Source of the DNA: a virus
Virus record (IMG/VR): IMGVR_UViG_3300010429_000418
Coordinates: 1-41,412 of that record
DNA length: 41,412 nucleotides
Reading direction: 5' to 3' (one strand)
Positions 7,365 to 17,592 of this stretch are shown here, in pieces. Below the pieces are notes generated by a model, which saw nothing but the letters and a program-made list of their open reading frames with translations, searched no databases and was not told the DNA's origin. The translations under genes were made by a program, and so were the position numbers. Every line of letters starts with the position of its first letter. The stretch's first letter is position 1.

Positions 7365-8788
7365 TAGGGGTTCCTCGCTTTAAGGGATATAGGCTTCTTT
7401 GGTTCTTCGCTTAATCTGCCAAATGTTCTTAAATATCCCCTATATCCTGCCCGTATAGGTGCTCTTACCATACTAAATGGATATACAGAACTAAATGTAG
7501 GTGTTTCATAGTATTTAGCAAGAGAGTAATTAGTCAAATCGTTTATGAATGGAGTAGCTTCAGGATTTGATTTTATCAACTCACTCTCTAAGAGAGATAA
7601 CTTCTCTTTCTGTTTAGCAGATAGATTTTCCCATCTCTTTAAGTATGCTTCTCCTGTTTCTCCAAATACTCTCTTATTTTCAGATAACATATTCTGTAAA
7701 GAAGTCCATTCCTCATCTGCTTTGGCAAGTTCTGTATTCTTGTGCAAGACCTCATTGATAGACTTCCTTACATTCATAGCAAACTTACTTTGTATCTTCT
7801 GTCCCTTTGCAGTAAAGATGACCTCATCGAGAGAACGCCTCAAGTCTAACATATCTCCAAGAGTATTGACTTCAAGATTAGGGTCTGTTAAACCATCGAA
7901 GATAGACTGGTCAAGTTGTCTTGTAATACTTTTAAAGGGATTCCTCTTAATGTCAAGTGATAGAGGCTGAACCTTCTCAAGGATTAGATTATAATCAAAA
8001 GGTTGAGTCCTTAAGATGGCAGTTTGCTCATTAAACTTATTTCCTGCTACTTCCTTCAACCTCTCTATATTATTATCTATACTCTCTACTATCTTCTCTG
8101 GAACTTTAGTATCATAGTATCTCTTCTGTAAGACATTCCTGAATCCTTGCTGACGGGTTTCATTCAAGATTTTAGGTTCTATTCCAGCTATTGCCCCACC
8201 TACTCTTTCAACTCCCCTCGCTGTCTTCCTTACTGGAACTTTAAGCAATTCACTTGCCTTAGCAAATGGCTTGATTATATTCTCTTTAGTTATGGGTGTA
8301 GTTGCCACTGCCTTAAGAGACTTTCCTACTTTAGTAGCACCTATAGCAGCACCTACTTTAGACAACCCAGTAATATCCCTTACTGGCTTCGCACCAGTCA
8401 TTAAGCCAATAACATCAGCAGGATTAGTTAGAATATCTCCTGCCATACCAGCAGCTGATACTCCAAATCCACCTATAGTCTTCAATGCTGAAGGTTTACC
8501 TTCTCCATAATACTTTTTAAGTGCGCTCTCTTGAAATGTGGGAACTTCAGTAGGATTTACCGCTCCCTCTACATATCCTTTACCAGTAAGAGCAGACCTT
8601 ATTGCAGCTCCAGGGCGCTCAAAGATGGCTCCTGCTATGTTTCTTTCACCTCTCTGGTAATCTTCTTCAGGAACAGAACCAAAGATACCTTTGCGTAGAG
8701 ATTTGCCTTTAGGCTGAGCAAACAATTCCTCTGTCGATATAGTTTTCTTCTGTGTTCCTAATAATTCTTCAGTAGATATAGTAGGCAT
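7364..8788 (-). CDS. Internal virion / ejection-protein candidate (474 aa)
   Basis: Positional call: it lies between the nozzle-like gene and the fibre, as T7 gp14-16 do. The N-terminal tandem TISTEEL is repeated twice. No recognisable enzymatic motif. Confidence 0.45.
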   Translation of the reverse strand: MPTISTEELLGTQKKTISTEELFAQPKGKSLRKGIFGSVPEEDYQRGERNIAGAIFERPGAAIRSALTGKGYVEGAVNPTEVPTFQESALKKYYGEGKPSALKTIGGFGVSAAGMAGDILTNPADVIGLMTGAKPVRDITGLSKVGAAIGATKVGKSLKAVATTPITKENIIKPFAKASELLKVPVRKTARGVERVGGAIAGIEPKILNETRQQGFRNVLQKRYYDTKVPEKIVESIDNNIERLKEVAGNKFNEQTAILRTQPFDYNLILEKVQPLSLDIKRNPFKSITRQLDQSIFDGLTDPNLEVNTLGDMLDLRRSLDEVIFTAKGQKIQSKFAMNVRKSINEVLHKNTELAKADEEWTSLQNMLSENKRVFGETGEAYLKRWENLSAKQKEKLSLLESELIKSNPEATPFINDLTNYSLAKYYETPTFSSVYPFSMVRAPIRAGYRGYLRTFGRLSEEPKKPISLKARNP

Positions 8789-9885
8789 TAGTAATCCCAG
8801 TCCTTGCCATTAAAGGTATATGTTATGCCGTTCTTAGTTATAGTATCACCGACTTTATATTGACCTTGAGTTTGCTGCCCCTTAAGGCTAACTCCCTTCC
8901 CTTTAGTCTCAGCAATAACATTCTCAAAAGGTGTAATATAATCTCCATCAGGACTTAAACTATATCTTCCTTGCTCAATCATTTGCTTTCTTGTATTAAG
9001 GGCATTTTCGATATAGTCAAAACTTGACTTTCTTATCTTAGATGATTGACCTGGCTTCCACAACAGTGGAAGTGCTCTTGCTTCAGCATCAGCATCAGAT
9101 AACCTCGTATCTCCAGTTAAAGCACGATACAGGGATACTGCCATAGCAGGTCTTTGCATAAGATACTGGTAATGTTCTGTAGCCCAACCGCCACCACTTA
9201 TTGCTGCTGCTGTTCCTTGGGCTATTCGACTTCCTGGATAAGTCCCTATCTTTTCAGCAAGTGAGCGCATATCTTTGATATTAGATATTTGCTGATTTAC
9301 TTTATCAAGGTCATTTTTCTGTTGAACAGTAGGAACTTTTGACTTTATCTCAGTCTGCATTTCTAATTTAGCCGCCTCATCAGCAAGTTGTTTCTTTAAA
9401 GTCGGCTGTATCTTTGTTTCAATTCTTTTACTACCAAATGGAGTTTCTGTTACTCCAATGGGAACTTCCTCATATCCTTCCATTATGTCTTTAGCAGGAG
9501 CCTTGACCTCACCAGAGCCTAAAGATGGAGTAGTAATTATTTGTGATGGAGTAGTAGTTTCTTTACCACCTAATACACTACTAACATCTATTCCTAAAGC
9601 AGTATTAGGGTCTAATCCAGCATCATAAGCCGCTTTTGCCGCAGTTGCTATCTTACCTCTTTCAACAACATCCTCTAAAGGCGACCTATTCTCTTTTTCC
9701 GCCTTTGCCTTGTAGTCAATTAAAGTCTTCTGGCTCTCTAACTCCTGTTTAATTGCCTTATCCTGATTAAGAGTGTCCACAAGGACTTTAAGGGCAGAAC
9801 CTACGCCAGAGAGGCGACCACCTGCTCTTTGCCCCATTTCAAACCACTGCCCTGCGTTAGCTCCTAAATTAGCCGTATTCATCAT
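8788..9885 (-). CDS. Internal virion / ejection-protein candidate (365 aa)
   Basis: Positional call; start and stop overlap the neighbours. Confidence 0.45.
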   Translation of the reverse strand: MMNTANLGANAGQWFEMGQRAGGRLSGVGSALKVLVDTLNQDKAIKQELESQKTLIDYKAKAEKENRSPLEDVVERGKIATAAKAAYDAGLDPNTALGIDVSSVLGGKETTTPSQIITTPSLGSGEVKAPAKDIMEGYEEVPIGVTETPFGSKRIETKIQPTLKKQLADEAAKLEMQTEIKSKVPTVQQKNDLDKVNQQISNIKDMRSLAEKIGTYPGSRIAQGTAAAISGGGWATEHYQYLMQRPAMAVSLYRALTGDTRLSDADAEARALPLLWKPGQSSKIRKSSFDYIENALNTRKQMIEQGRYSLSPDGDYITPFENVIAETKGKGVSLKGQQTQGQYKVGDTITKNGITYTFNGKDWDY

Positions 9886-9891
9886 ATACTC

Positions 9892-11289
9892 CTATTGAGT
9901 AACACCGAGACCTTTAAGACCGCTTGAGAGCATTGTGCCACCTGCTGTGCCGAGTATCTGCCTTAAAGCTGTTATATCTGCGGCATCTGCTCCGTATTTA
10001 GCCGCAGCTATTTGCACATCAAGGTTAGTAAGTCCCAACAAGTCATTCATTGTCTGTTCATCTATCTGCGCTGATAGCAATTCTTCAGCATCTGCCTTCT
10101 TGGTCGCTAACTTTGCAACAGCGTCCCTATACTCTCCGCTATCTAACATACCTGCCTGATTATAGATAGTATCAAGTTCTTCACGTGCATCAGTATAGCC
10201 CTCTTCAAGAGACCTTCTTGCCCTCATATAAAGAGCAGGTGAAGAACCTTTAGTCGCTATCTCGTTCCTTAATTGTTCTAAAGAAGAAACATTCTCAAAC
10301 TCGGCGTTCTTCGGCAGTGCTGAAGCCCCCGTTGTAAGTAAGCCAACACCTGTCTGTATAGCAGGGGAAGCTAAAGTGCCTGCAAGACTGCCAAGACCTG
10401 ACTTCGCTACTCCTTGTGCGGCTACCCCTACGGGAGGAGTATAACCTTCAGCTTTCAAGTCAGTAATGTTAGGGACTTGAGTAGTAGGGGTTTGCGTAGC
10501 AGGAGCTGTGGGAGCAGAAGGCAACGTAACTGGCTTCATACCAGCATTGAGAGCTGCTTGTGCTGCTGCCGACCCAACTAAATTAGTAGGAACCTGCGAC
10601 AAGTAGTTGTATCCAAGCTTTGATTGGGCTTCTGTTACTGGACCAGCAAGACCTGAACCAGTTGTCCCAAGTCCTGAAGTCGTGCCAGTAGTCCCTGCTC
10701 CACCAAATCCCAGTGCTTTACTTATCATTGGATTAAGACCATACCTACTTAAGCCCTCTGACGCACCCTTAAGTATTCCTGTGCCTTCCATAGCACCTTG
10801 CACACCGCCCTTGACTGCTTCACCAACATTACCAAGACCGTAGCCCTGTAATGCACCAAGCAAGCCGCCCTTTACACCACCGCCGTGAGTCGCCCCTTGC
10901 CAAGCACCATAACCAGTGGCGAGAGCTGGACCAATTCCAGGAACAGCACCTAAACCTATGTTAGCAACAGTAGGAAGGACATTGCCAAAGATAGTCCCCT
11001 TCTGGCTTGCCCCTGTCCCCGTAAGTGCCCTAAAAGGCTTACCCCACTTCTTCCATCTGTATCCGTTGGCATCTTCGTGATATGACTGGCTTGAAGTCAA
11101 CTCATCTATCTCGTGTAGAATAGTTGCTTCGTCTATATCTGAAACTCCTGTCTGCCTAATGAATGCTTCACCTGTATCTGGGTCAGAGAAACCAAGACTG
11201 TCTTCCAAGTCTTCTTTCGAGACATTGTGCTTCATATGAAGTTTAAGATAATCTCCATCATCAAGTATGTTAATCTTTAACTTTGCCAT
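9892..11289 (-). CDS. Gly/Ala-rich internal virion-protein candidate (465 aa)
   Basis: Positional call. A long low-complexity G/A/T-rich core (GLGAVPGIGPALATGYGAWQGATHGGGVKGGLLGALQGYGLG...) is typical of ejected core proteins. Confidence 0.45.
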   Translation of the reverse strand: MAKLKINILDDGDYLKLHMKHNVSKEDLEDSLGFSDPDTGEAFIRQTGVSDIDEATILHEIDELTSSQSYHEDANGYRWKKWGKPFRALTGTGASQKGTIFGNVLPTVANIGLGAVPGIGPALATGYGAWQGATHGGGVKGGLLGALQGYGLGNVGEAVKGGVQGAMEGTGILKGASEGLSRYGLNPMISKALGFGGAGTTGTTSGLGTTGSGLAGPVTEAQSKLGYNYLSQVPTNLVGSAAAQAALNAGMKPVTLPSAPTAPATQTPTTQVPNITDLKAEGYTPPVGVAAQGVAKSGLGSLAGTLASPAIQTGVGLLTTGASALPKNAEFENVSSLEQLRNEIATKGSSPALYMRARRSLEEGYTDAREELDTIYNQAGMLDSGEYRDAVAKLATKKADAEELLSAQIDEQTMNDLLGLTNLDVQIAAAKYGADAADITALRQILGTAGGTMLSSGLKGLGVTQ

Positions 11290-11746
11290 TTACTTCTCCT
11301 TTTGTTTTAAGTTCCTTGATATATGAATACATTGCCCCGTTCTTTCCTCTGTTCCAATGTATATATTCTACATTACTAAAGTTATCTCTGATGTGGTTCC
11401 TGAACTTATGCCATACTTTCAAGGGGCTAACGACCTTTCCGTTAGAGAACGCTTGGGCTACATAACATATCTTACCATCAGCATTATCATCTAACACGGC
11501 AAATGGGTCTGCTTCAATGAACGGAGTATCATCATTAGTAATATAGAAAGATAGAAGCCCTGCCACTTTTCCATTACTTATTATTGGAAGTAGCCTGTTC
11601 TTCTCCATCATCTTCTTATAGTAAGTGCTATGTAAACGCAACATATCTCCACCCATTTGAGGCATAAACATATAACCTGTATACTCCACCACTTGATACA
11701 AAAACTGCCTCTCCTTCTTCTCCTGTCCACGTAGGATAGCCGTCAA
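11270..11746 (-). CDS. Hypothetical protein; start uncertain
   Basis: ORF track. The 5' 119 nt overlap 11628..11861 in another frame, so internal ATGs at 11644 or 11611 are plausible true starts. Confidence 0.45.
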   Translation of the reverse strand: MTAILRGQEKKERQFLYQVVEYTGYMFMPQMGGDMLRLHSTYYKKMMEKNRLLPIISNGKVAGLLSFYITNDDTPFIEADPFAVLDDNADGKICYVAQAFSNGKVVSPLKVWHKFRNHIRDNFSNVEYIHWNRGKNGAMYSYIKELKTKGEVNGKVKD

Positions 11747-11861
11747 GGACTCTCATCTGGTATCTGCCATTATTGATAATGTCCTTGATATTAGTTATTA
11801 CTTCCCTTAACTCAATATCCTTGTTAAGAGTAGGAGAAAATTGATAATCTTCGAGCTTCAA
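11628..11861 (-). CDS. Hypothetical small virion-module protein (77 aa)
   Basis: ORF track; same strand, immediately after the nozzle-like gene. Confidence 0.5.
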   Translation of the reverse strand: MKLEDYQFSPTLNKDIELREVITNIKDIINNGRYQMRVLDGYPTWTGEEGEAVFVSSGGVYRLYVYASNGWRYVAFT

Positions 11862-11876
11862 ATTGTATTCTCCTCA

Positions 11877-14603
11877 TTATGCAGTAGCTCTATCCTTAAC
11901 ATTCACGCCCAATGGCTCTCCATATAACTCTAACCCATATAAAGTAGGCGCAGGATTCGAGCCATCGCATACTATCTTTGTCTGGAACATATTATGTATA
12001 GTCCTCACATCGAACATACTTACCTTGCCAAACTCATATTCATCTGCCCTATTGTAAGCAAAGTTCTGTGCTGTTGTCCACGCCGCATTCTGGTCTAACC
12101 TGAACTGGAATGACATATTTGCAGTAGTAAGTGAGTATGCTTCCTTGTATCTTACTCCAAGAAGCAAACCCTTTGACATAAGCCCTAACGCTTCTGGCTT
12201 GAACTTACCTGATACCCAGTATGCTCTTATATCAGAGCCGTCATCATCATTACCGCTCTCTGTAAGGTAAGCATACCCGCTATACCCTGCCGTGTATAAT
12301 AGTTTCTCCTTGTTAGTTGACACTACTATAGCCGAAGAAGCAAATGGTTGGTTATCGTAAGGGAATAACCCACCTGTCTTATAGTCAAAGATAAACGCAT
12401 ACCCAATGGTAGTATCAGTATTAAGGACTACATAGAGTATATACTCATTAGTTTTCTTGTTGACCTGTGCGTGAAAGAGGTCTGAATACATCATATTGCA
12501 GTCAGACAAAGCAATAGGTTGGTCATCAGCCGCTTGGAACAAATCATTAGTTTTCTCTATTGACGTATCATTGACATACTCAAGGTCATATCCGTTAAAT
12601 ACAGCAAGTTTCTTATCTGCCGTAAAGAAGCAAAGAACTGTCCCGACATCACCGCCCATATCTATTTCTTTAATTGAGTAGTGAGAGGGTGTGCCTACGC
12701 CAATGATAGGGTCAACTTGGAAAGTAGGATTTGAACCTACATAACTTACTCTATGGATAGAGAACCTCTTGAAGACATAGAGACGTCCTCTCAACTCTCT
12801 TATGCCAGTTATTATATCTCCATCATTAGTATGTATAGTAAGTGAGTTTGCAGAAGCCCAAGTTGTATAGTCATTAAGGGCAGAATATCTTATCTCATTA
12901 GGAGAACCTCGTAATCCTGCTATAAAGACATAGTTCTTGAATATAGTCATAAACCTGCCGATAGGAGCGGCTCCTACAGTGCCAAGATTACCTGTCCCTG
13001 TATAAGTATATAGTCCTATATCTGAATTAAGCAACATACGCCCTGATTTCCAGTCAGCAAATGTCCAGTTTCTTCCATAGGATATATCTATTGTGCCTTT
13101 TGAATAAGCCGATGTAGGAGGAGTAAAATTAGCAGTCCATCTCGCTACACCTTTACATACTCTTAATTCATCTATCCATCCATTAACATATAAAGTTCCT
13201 GCACCATATCTGCCTATAATAAGAGCAGAAGCACCAATACTTGATAGAGTGCCGAATGTTGTTAAAGTAGTTAAAGCTGTAGAAACACCATCAATAAATA
13301 GATAAGCATTTGAACCATTTCTTACAAATGCAATATGATACCAAGTATCATCTGATGGAGACCAATTACTTGTAGCAGTATATGCTGCTTTTGCGACACC
13401 TCCTACTATCCATACAAATATCCATTTATGTTTATGTGTAGCATCGTCTTTCATAAGATACCATCTATTATTTGCATCTACATATTGCCCGATAACAACT
13501 TGACCTTCAGTGGAAGAAGCATATCTTATCCAGAAGTCAATCGTGAAATCTCCTTCTCCAAAGTCCCAATCATCACTATCAGGGATAGTCACATAGTCGC
13601 TATTACCATCGAGGAGTAAAGAAGATGCTCCGAACTTCTTCTGTGCTGTATCGAGTTGAGCTGTTCCACCAAAAGTAACTGTTCTTGCCCCGTCATCTTC
13701 TGTAGTATAGGCAGTTGCCGCATCTGCACCATCCCAATGGACTATTAACTTTGTGTAAGAATCCCAAGAAGAACCACCACCAAGAGCATCCCAAGTGCCA
13801 TCAGGAGTCCCAGCATTGGTCTTATCCATTTTATATACAGTAGTTCCCCAAATGCCCATTACCATACGCTTGGAATTGAAGTCCCATAAAGCATAGCCAT
13901 CATTTCCAAGGACACCACCTGTAATATAGACCTCAAAGACTGCATCATATGCGGTATCTACTACCCAAGTAGCACCATCATAGTAAGACATTGAGCCGTT
14001 AGGATAGATTACATCATAGTCATCAATGCCCCATTTGATATAGTTAGTCCCGTCTACATTAAAGTCGCCTACCAAGACTATATGGTATTGAGTGCCTGCT
14101 ACAAGGACAGGATTTGTAGTAAAAGTAAACTCTATCCAAGAATAAGAACTTGTTATAGTGTCTGATATATCAACATCATCTGAAGTTCCATTAGCAACAG
14201 GAGTTCCTGAAGGCACACCAGAAGCATCTGTCTGTATTTCAATATGGACTGTATCTGTTCCTGCGGGAGTTCCTTCTGACTTGAGCCATAACCTGACTTT
14301 AGTAACATCAGCAGAAGTAGAGGGCTTAAATCCCTGTGAAATCTCGGTATGAGTAGCAGTATCCATTAGGTTGTAATCAGTCGTCTGATAGCCAGGAGGA
14401 TAGGCAACATCAAGACCAGCAGAGGGAATTGCTCCAGAGTTTAATTTGGCATAGCCACCCCTAACAACGAGCCTCTCCTTCATTCCTGCACAATGCCAGT
14501 TTCGCATATTAGGAGATTTAGACGAGGGCATAGCCAAGAGCGGAGTCTTTGTATCCTGCCCGCCCCCAAAATCACTAATGACTATTGCTGACTGCCTAAT
14601 CAC
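11877..14603 (-). CDS. Tail nozzle / tail-tubular-B-like structural protein with an inserted LamG (concanavalin-A-like lectin) domain
   Basis: A 908-aa ORF in the position of the podovirus nozzle gene. The central segment LLLDGNSDYVTIPDSDDWDFGEGDFTIDFWIRY...WYHIAFVRNGSNAYLFIDGV...GWIDELRVCKGVARW is a textbook Laminin_G_3 pattern. Confidence 0.6.
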   Translation of the reverse strand: MIRQSAIVISDFGGGQDTKTPLLAMPSSKSPNMRNWHCAGMKERLVVRGGYAKLNSGAIPSAGLDVAYPPGYQTTDYNLMDTATHTEISQGFKPSTSADVTKVRLWLKSEGTPAGTDTVHIEIQTDASGVPSGTPVANGTSDDVDISDTITSSYSWIEFTFTTNPVLVAGTQYHIVLVGDFNVDGTNYIKWGIDDYDVIYPNGSMSYYDGATWVVDTAYDAVFEVYITGGVLGNDGYALWDFNSKRMVMGIWGTTVYKMDKTNAGTPDGTWDALGGGSSWDSYTKLIVHWDGADAATAYTTEDDGARTVTFGGTAQLDTAQKKFGASSLLLDGNSDYVTIPDSDDWDFGEGDFTIDFWIRYASSTEGQVVIGQYVDANNRWYLMKDDATHKHKWIFVWIVGGVAKAAYTATSNWSPSDDTWYHIAFVRNGSNAYLFIDGVSTALTTLTTFGTLSSIGASALIIGRYGAGTLYVNGWIDELRVCKGVARWTANFTPPTSAYSKGTIDISYGRNWTFADWKSGRMLLNSDIGLYTYTGTGNLGTVGAAPIGRFMTIFKNYVFIAGLRGSPNEIRYSALNDYTTWASANSLTIHTNDGDIITGIRELRGRLYVFKRFSIHRVSYVGSNPTFQVDPIIGVGTPSHYSIKEIDMGGDVGTVLCFFTADKKLAVFNGYDLEYVNDTSIEKTNDLFQAADDQPIALSDCNMMYSDLFHAQVNKKTNEYILYVVLNTDTTIGYAFIFDYKTGGLFPYDNQPFASSAIVVSTNKEKLLYTAGYSGYAYLTESGNDDDGSDIRAYWVSGKFKPEALGLMSKGLLLGVRYKEAYSLTTANMSFQFRLDQNAAWTTAQNFAYNRADEYEFGKVSMFDVRTIHNMFQTKIVCDGSNPAPTLYGLELYGEPLGVNVKDRATA

Positions 14604-15319
14604 GAGTTATAATCTCTCCCTCTTGAAACCCTGCCATTGACTCCGTGTAAGATGCCGTATGCAGGCTTGATAGTAGAACCCTTGCCCTTGAAGTTAATGT
14701 CATTACTGAAATACTTGTTTAACTCCTTCATACCTTTTTGTTCCCATATGCCTACACCAGTAGCGTCTCCTTGAGAAGCGCATAACTCTGCTACAGCGTA
14801 GTAGACAAGAGCCATCTGGCTATTAGTATTGGGGATTTCAGGGACATCGGTGTCACCAGACAACTCTGTAGGCTTCTTGTCATAGTCTACGTAGATAGTA
14901 GTATATAGTGATACAAATGAAGAAGAGGGCTTGGGAGAGACATAGAATAACTCGGTTCCTGTCTTAACGGAGAATATACATACAGTAGGGTCTCCCTCGT
15001 TCTGCGTATCCTCATTATCAGACCATTCATCTTCAGTAACTATCCTGATAGGTTGCCTTATCCCATTGCTTATGTAGTAAACTTCAACAGGGTAGTTATA
15101 GCCAGTTAGACCTGCTATAGAGTAAGACTGTGTTCCTGCAACAGGAGTAATAGTGCCTGTCCTTCTTAAGGCAGTCCACCTACGTTCTGAAGCAAGCCTG
15201 CGAAGAGCGTCATTGACTGCCACTTTCGCTTTAGTATCAGAACCGACTATATTCTTGATACTGGCATAATCTTGGACACGACCATAGATTTCACTGAACT
15301 CTAACCCATAGGTAGCCAC
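14600..15319 (-). CDS. Head-to-tail adaptor / tail-tubular-A-like protein (positional)
   Basis: A 239-aa ORF directly upstream of, and overlapping, the nozzle-like gene. No motif recognised. Confidence 0.4.
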   Translation of the reverse strand: MATYGLEFSEIYGRVQDYASIKNIVGSDTKAKVAVNDALRRLASERRWTALRRTGTITPVAGTQSYSIAGLTGYNYPVEVYYISNGIRQPIRIVTEDEWSDNEDTQNEGDPTVCIFSVKTGTELFYVSPKPSSSFVSLYTTIYVDYDKKPTELSGDTDVPEIPNTNSQMALVYYAVAELCASQGDATGVGIWEQKGMKELNKYFSNDINFKGKGSTIKPAYGILHGVNGRVSRGRDYNS

Positions 15320-15775
15320 TTATTCCTCCAACATCTCCTTAATCTTCTTTACTATATTATCCAACTTAATCTTCAATGCCTTATTGTCTCTTGCTTCTAT
15401 GTCAAGGTTAGCTCTCATACCTTTATTGGACTTAATGAGGGATTCTGCCTCGGCTTTAAGTGCTTTGGCTTCCTCTAACTTAGCATTGGAATCAGCAGTC
15501 TTCTTATTCGCATCGTCTTCCTGTGCCTTTACCTTGACATAGAGTTCAGATGCCTTATCTTTAATCTTATCTGCTTCTTCCTTAGCTTCTGATATAATCT
15601 GTTCTCTCTCACTCTTTGCTTTCTCTGCCTGTTCCTTTAAGATAGGTATCTGCTCTTCAAGTTCCTGCTTCTCTGTCTTGAGTTTAGACACATAAGGTCT
15701 TAACCTCTTTAATTCTTCTTGTGTCTCAAGCAATTCTTTCTCATCGGGAACTAAATTACCCCTTCTATCTGCCAT
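15320..15775 (-). CDS. Lys/Glu-rich coiled-coil protein (151 aa)
   Basis: ORF track; almost entirely heptad-like charged helix (EELKRLRPYVSKLKTEKQELEEQIPILKEQAEKAKSEREQ...). Confidence 0.5.
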   Translation of the reverse strand: MADRRGNLVPDEKELLETQEELKRLRPYVSKLKTEKQELEEQIPILKEQAEKAKSEREQIISEAKEEADKIKDKASELYVKVKAQEDDANKKTADSNAKLEEAKALKAEAESLIKSNKGMRANLDIEARDNKALKIKLDNIVKKIKEMLEE

Positions 15776-16080
15776 TACTTCTTCTCCTTCCTTGGACGAC
15801 CTACAGGTTTCTTATGGACTGGAGTTGCTTTAAGTTCAATTTCCGAATTTTCAGATTCTTCCTTGACAGGTTGTCCTATCTTATGGACTTGTTCAGGTAT
15901 AGTCAACGGGACTACCTTATACTTGCCAAGCATTAGCAATTCTCTTGCAAGCAATTCAGGAACATCAAGAGTGAACTCATTATCTTTGCTAAAGACATAT
16001 GTTTTCCTTGCCCAATTTGACTTAACCTTTGACATACTTCCAGTATACTGTATCCTAATCATTTCCATTCGCCACCTCAC
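15775..16080 (-). CDS. Hypothetical protein with a basic AT-hook-like tail (GRPRKEKK)
   Basis: ORF track (GTG start). An internal ATG at 16062 has a better-spaced GAGGTGG RBS. Confidence 0.45.
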   Translation of the reverse strand: MRWRMEMIRIQYTGSMSKVKSNWARKTYVFSKDNEFTLDVPELLARELLMLGKYKVVPLTIPEQVHKIGQPVKEESENSEIELKATPVHKKPVGRPRKEKK

Positions 16081-17185
16081 CTTTCATTAAGAACGCTGAT
16101 AGACCTGCCAACATTACTATTGACGTGAACGCCAAACGAGGGAAATCTAAGAAAGACTGGCTTAACCCGCAGAGTGCCAGTATGACCACTGAAGCAAACA
16201 AGCACTCGAATGGTTTACTTACCTTAGACTTCCTATATCTGATTATTCTATCTATGAAGAAGTAGGATAGTGTTATAATACCTACTATTCCAAGATAGTA
16301 ATATATTGTTAAATATATGGAATAAGTTGTTGTGCTATTTCCTATTGTAGGTATAGCAGAGGAAAAAGAACCTAACTTGTGTCCGAAGAAACTGAAATCT
16401 ATGCTTTGGAGCCAGACTTGAGAACGTATAGATAACTTATAGATAAGACCTTTATAGAGATATATAAGGTATAAGCCAAGACCACCATAAATACCGAGCA
16501 TAGGGATAGATAACAGGTTATTGCGCCTTAACAAGAACATCATACCGATTAAGGATGCAACCAAAGGAACTATTGAACTTGACAATAGCAACCCTATAAT
16601 CGGGATAAGAACAAGCCAAGGAGAAAGCATATAGACCATAGGTATAGAGATTGCTTGATAGAGAGCCATATGATTTGATATGAACATTGCTCCATCGCAT
16701 CTTATTGTGTTATAGACCAAGTATATGCCGAGTGCCTGCATAACAGCAAACACAGTATTCAAAGCCGAAACTATAAGCATAGGATAAGCGATAGTCCTTA
16801 CATCTTTAATGTAGCACACTATGAGGTAATAAAGTAAGAAACCCAGTAATACGAACGGGAATACCTTAATGCCTATAGGATGTAACATCAAGTTAAGCAA
16901 AACAAGAATGAATAGTAATGAGATGGGCTTATCCTTGAACCCTCTATGCTGATTAGACAAAGTAGCGACTACAAGCAAGATTACCACAGCCAACTCAAAG
17001 AACAGCAACTGGATAGACGGAATATCCATTATATTGAGCATATTGAATTGATAATACTGATAAGATGCCACCCATCCATTTAGGCGTGGTATATTCCACG
17101 GGACAAAGACTATTGGTGTAAGCACCAGTAGTATGCCAAGGACTATATCAAATATCCTATCTTTCACATTACTATTCATACTCAA
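16055..17185 (-). CDS. Polytopic membrane protein, O-antigen ligase/polymerase-like (Wzy_C / WaaL / PglL class)
   Basis: About 12 predicted TM helices. One larger loop after roughly TM9 carries R and H (RSQVWLQSIDFSFFGHKLGSF), resembling the R..W......G.G.G.F loop recalled for Wzy_C proteins. The gene is visibly more AT-rich than its flanks. Its start overlaps the upstream exported-protein gene by 14 nt. Confidence 0.5.
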   Translation of the reverse strand: MSMNSNVKDRIFDIVLGILLVLTPIVFVPWNIPRLNGWVASYQYYQFNMLNIMDIPSIQLLFFELAVVILLVVATLSNQHRGFKDKPISLLFILVLLNLMLHPIGIKVFPFVLLGFLLYYLIVCYIKDVRTIAYPMLIVSALNTVFAVMQALGIYLVYNTIRCDGAMFISNHMALYQAISIPMVYMLSPWLVLIPIIGLLLSSSIVPLVASLIGMMFLLRRNNLLSIPMLGIYGGLGLYLIYLYKGLIYKLSIRSQVWLQSIDFSFFGHKLGSFSSAIPTIGNSTTTYSIYLTIYYYLGIVGIITLSYFFIDRIIRYRKSKVSKPFECLFASVVILALCGLSQSFLDFPRLAFTSIVMLAGLSAFLMKGEVANGND

Positions 17186-17534
17186 CTAATACTTTCATAT
17201 TCGATATGTCAAGATAAGCGCCTGTGGAGAACTCAACGGGATTGTCAGAGAAATCAATCGTCTTGCCATTGCCAGAGGTCGCTTCTGAACCCTCAATCTT
17301 TATTGTAGTATTACTTTCCCCTGCTGTTCCTACAGAATCATAGATACCAAAGAAGGCAGTATTAGCAGTCGCTTGAAAAGTAACCTTGTATATCTTAACA
17401 TCTTCAGGCGAACTTATACCCTTAATCTGCCCGCTTGCTACAAATCCCTTTATAGTATGCTGGTCTTTATACGCCCCGTGAGCCAACGGGCATATAAGAG
17501 CCATTACTATCAATACCGATATTAACCTTCTCAT
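17172..17534 (-). CDS. Sec-exported small beta-rich protein, paralog B
   Basis: Start trimmed to MRRLISVLIVMALICPLAHG|AYKD (GGAG RBS 6 nt upstream). By eye the mature part aligns with the product of 17593..17958 at about 35-40 percent identity (IYKVTFQATANTAFFGIYDS...IKIEGSEAT vs VYKLFFWASAASSYFALYDC...VKMEGGEAT). Confidence 0.6.
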   Translation of the reverse strand: MRRLISVLIVMALICPLAHGAYKDQHTIKGFVASGQIKGISSPEDVKIYKVTFQATANTAFFGIYDSVGTAGESNTTIKIEGSEATSGNGKTIDFSDNPVEFSTGAYLDISNMKVLVEYE

Positions 17535-17550
17535 ACTAATCTCCATTGGG

Positions 17551-17585
17551 TTAGGGGGGCAAGCCTTGAAGACCTACCCCCCTGA
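17551..17585 (-). other. G6/C6 stem-loop in the spacer between the two exported paralogs
   Basis: TTAGGGGGG (17551-59) pairs with CCCCCCTGA (17577-85) around a 17-nt loop. No T-run follows on the coding strand, so it is not a canonical terminator. Confidence 0.4.
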
Positions 17586-17592
17586 CTTCATT

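Noticed and set aside
9892-11289. HEIDEL in the 465-aa protein as a possible zincin HExxH protease motif
   Set aside because: The second histidine is missing (HEIDE-L), so the motif is incomplete and there is no downstream third ligand pattern. The protein is kept as an uncharacterised internal-virion candidate.
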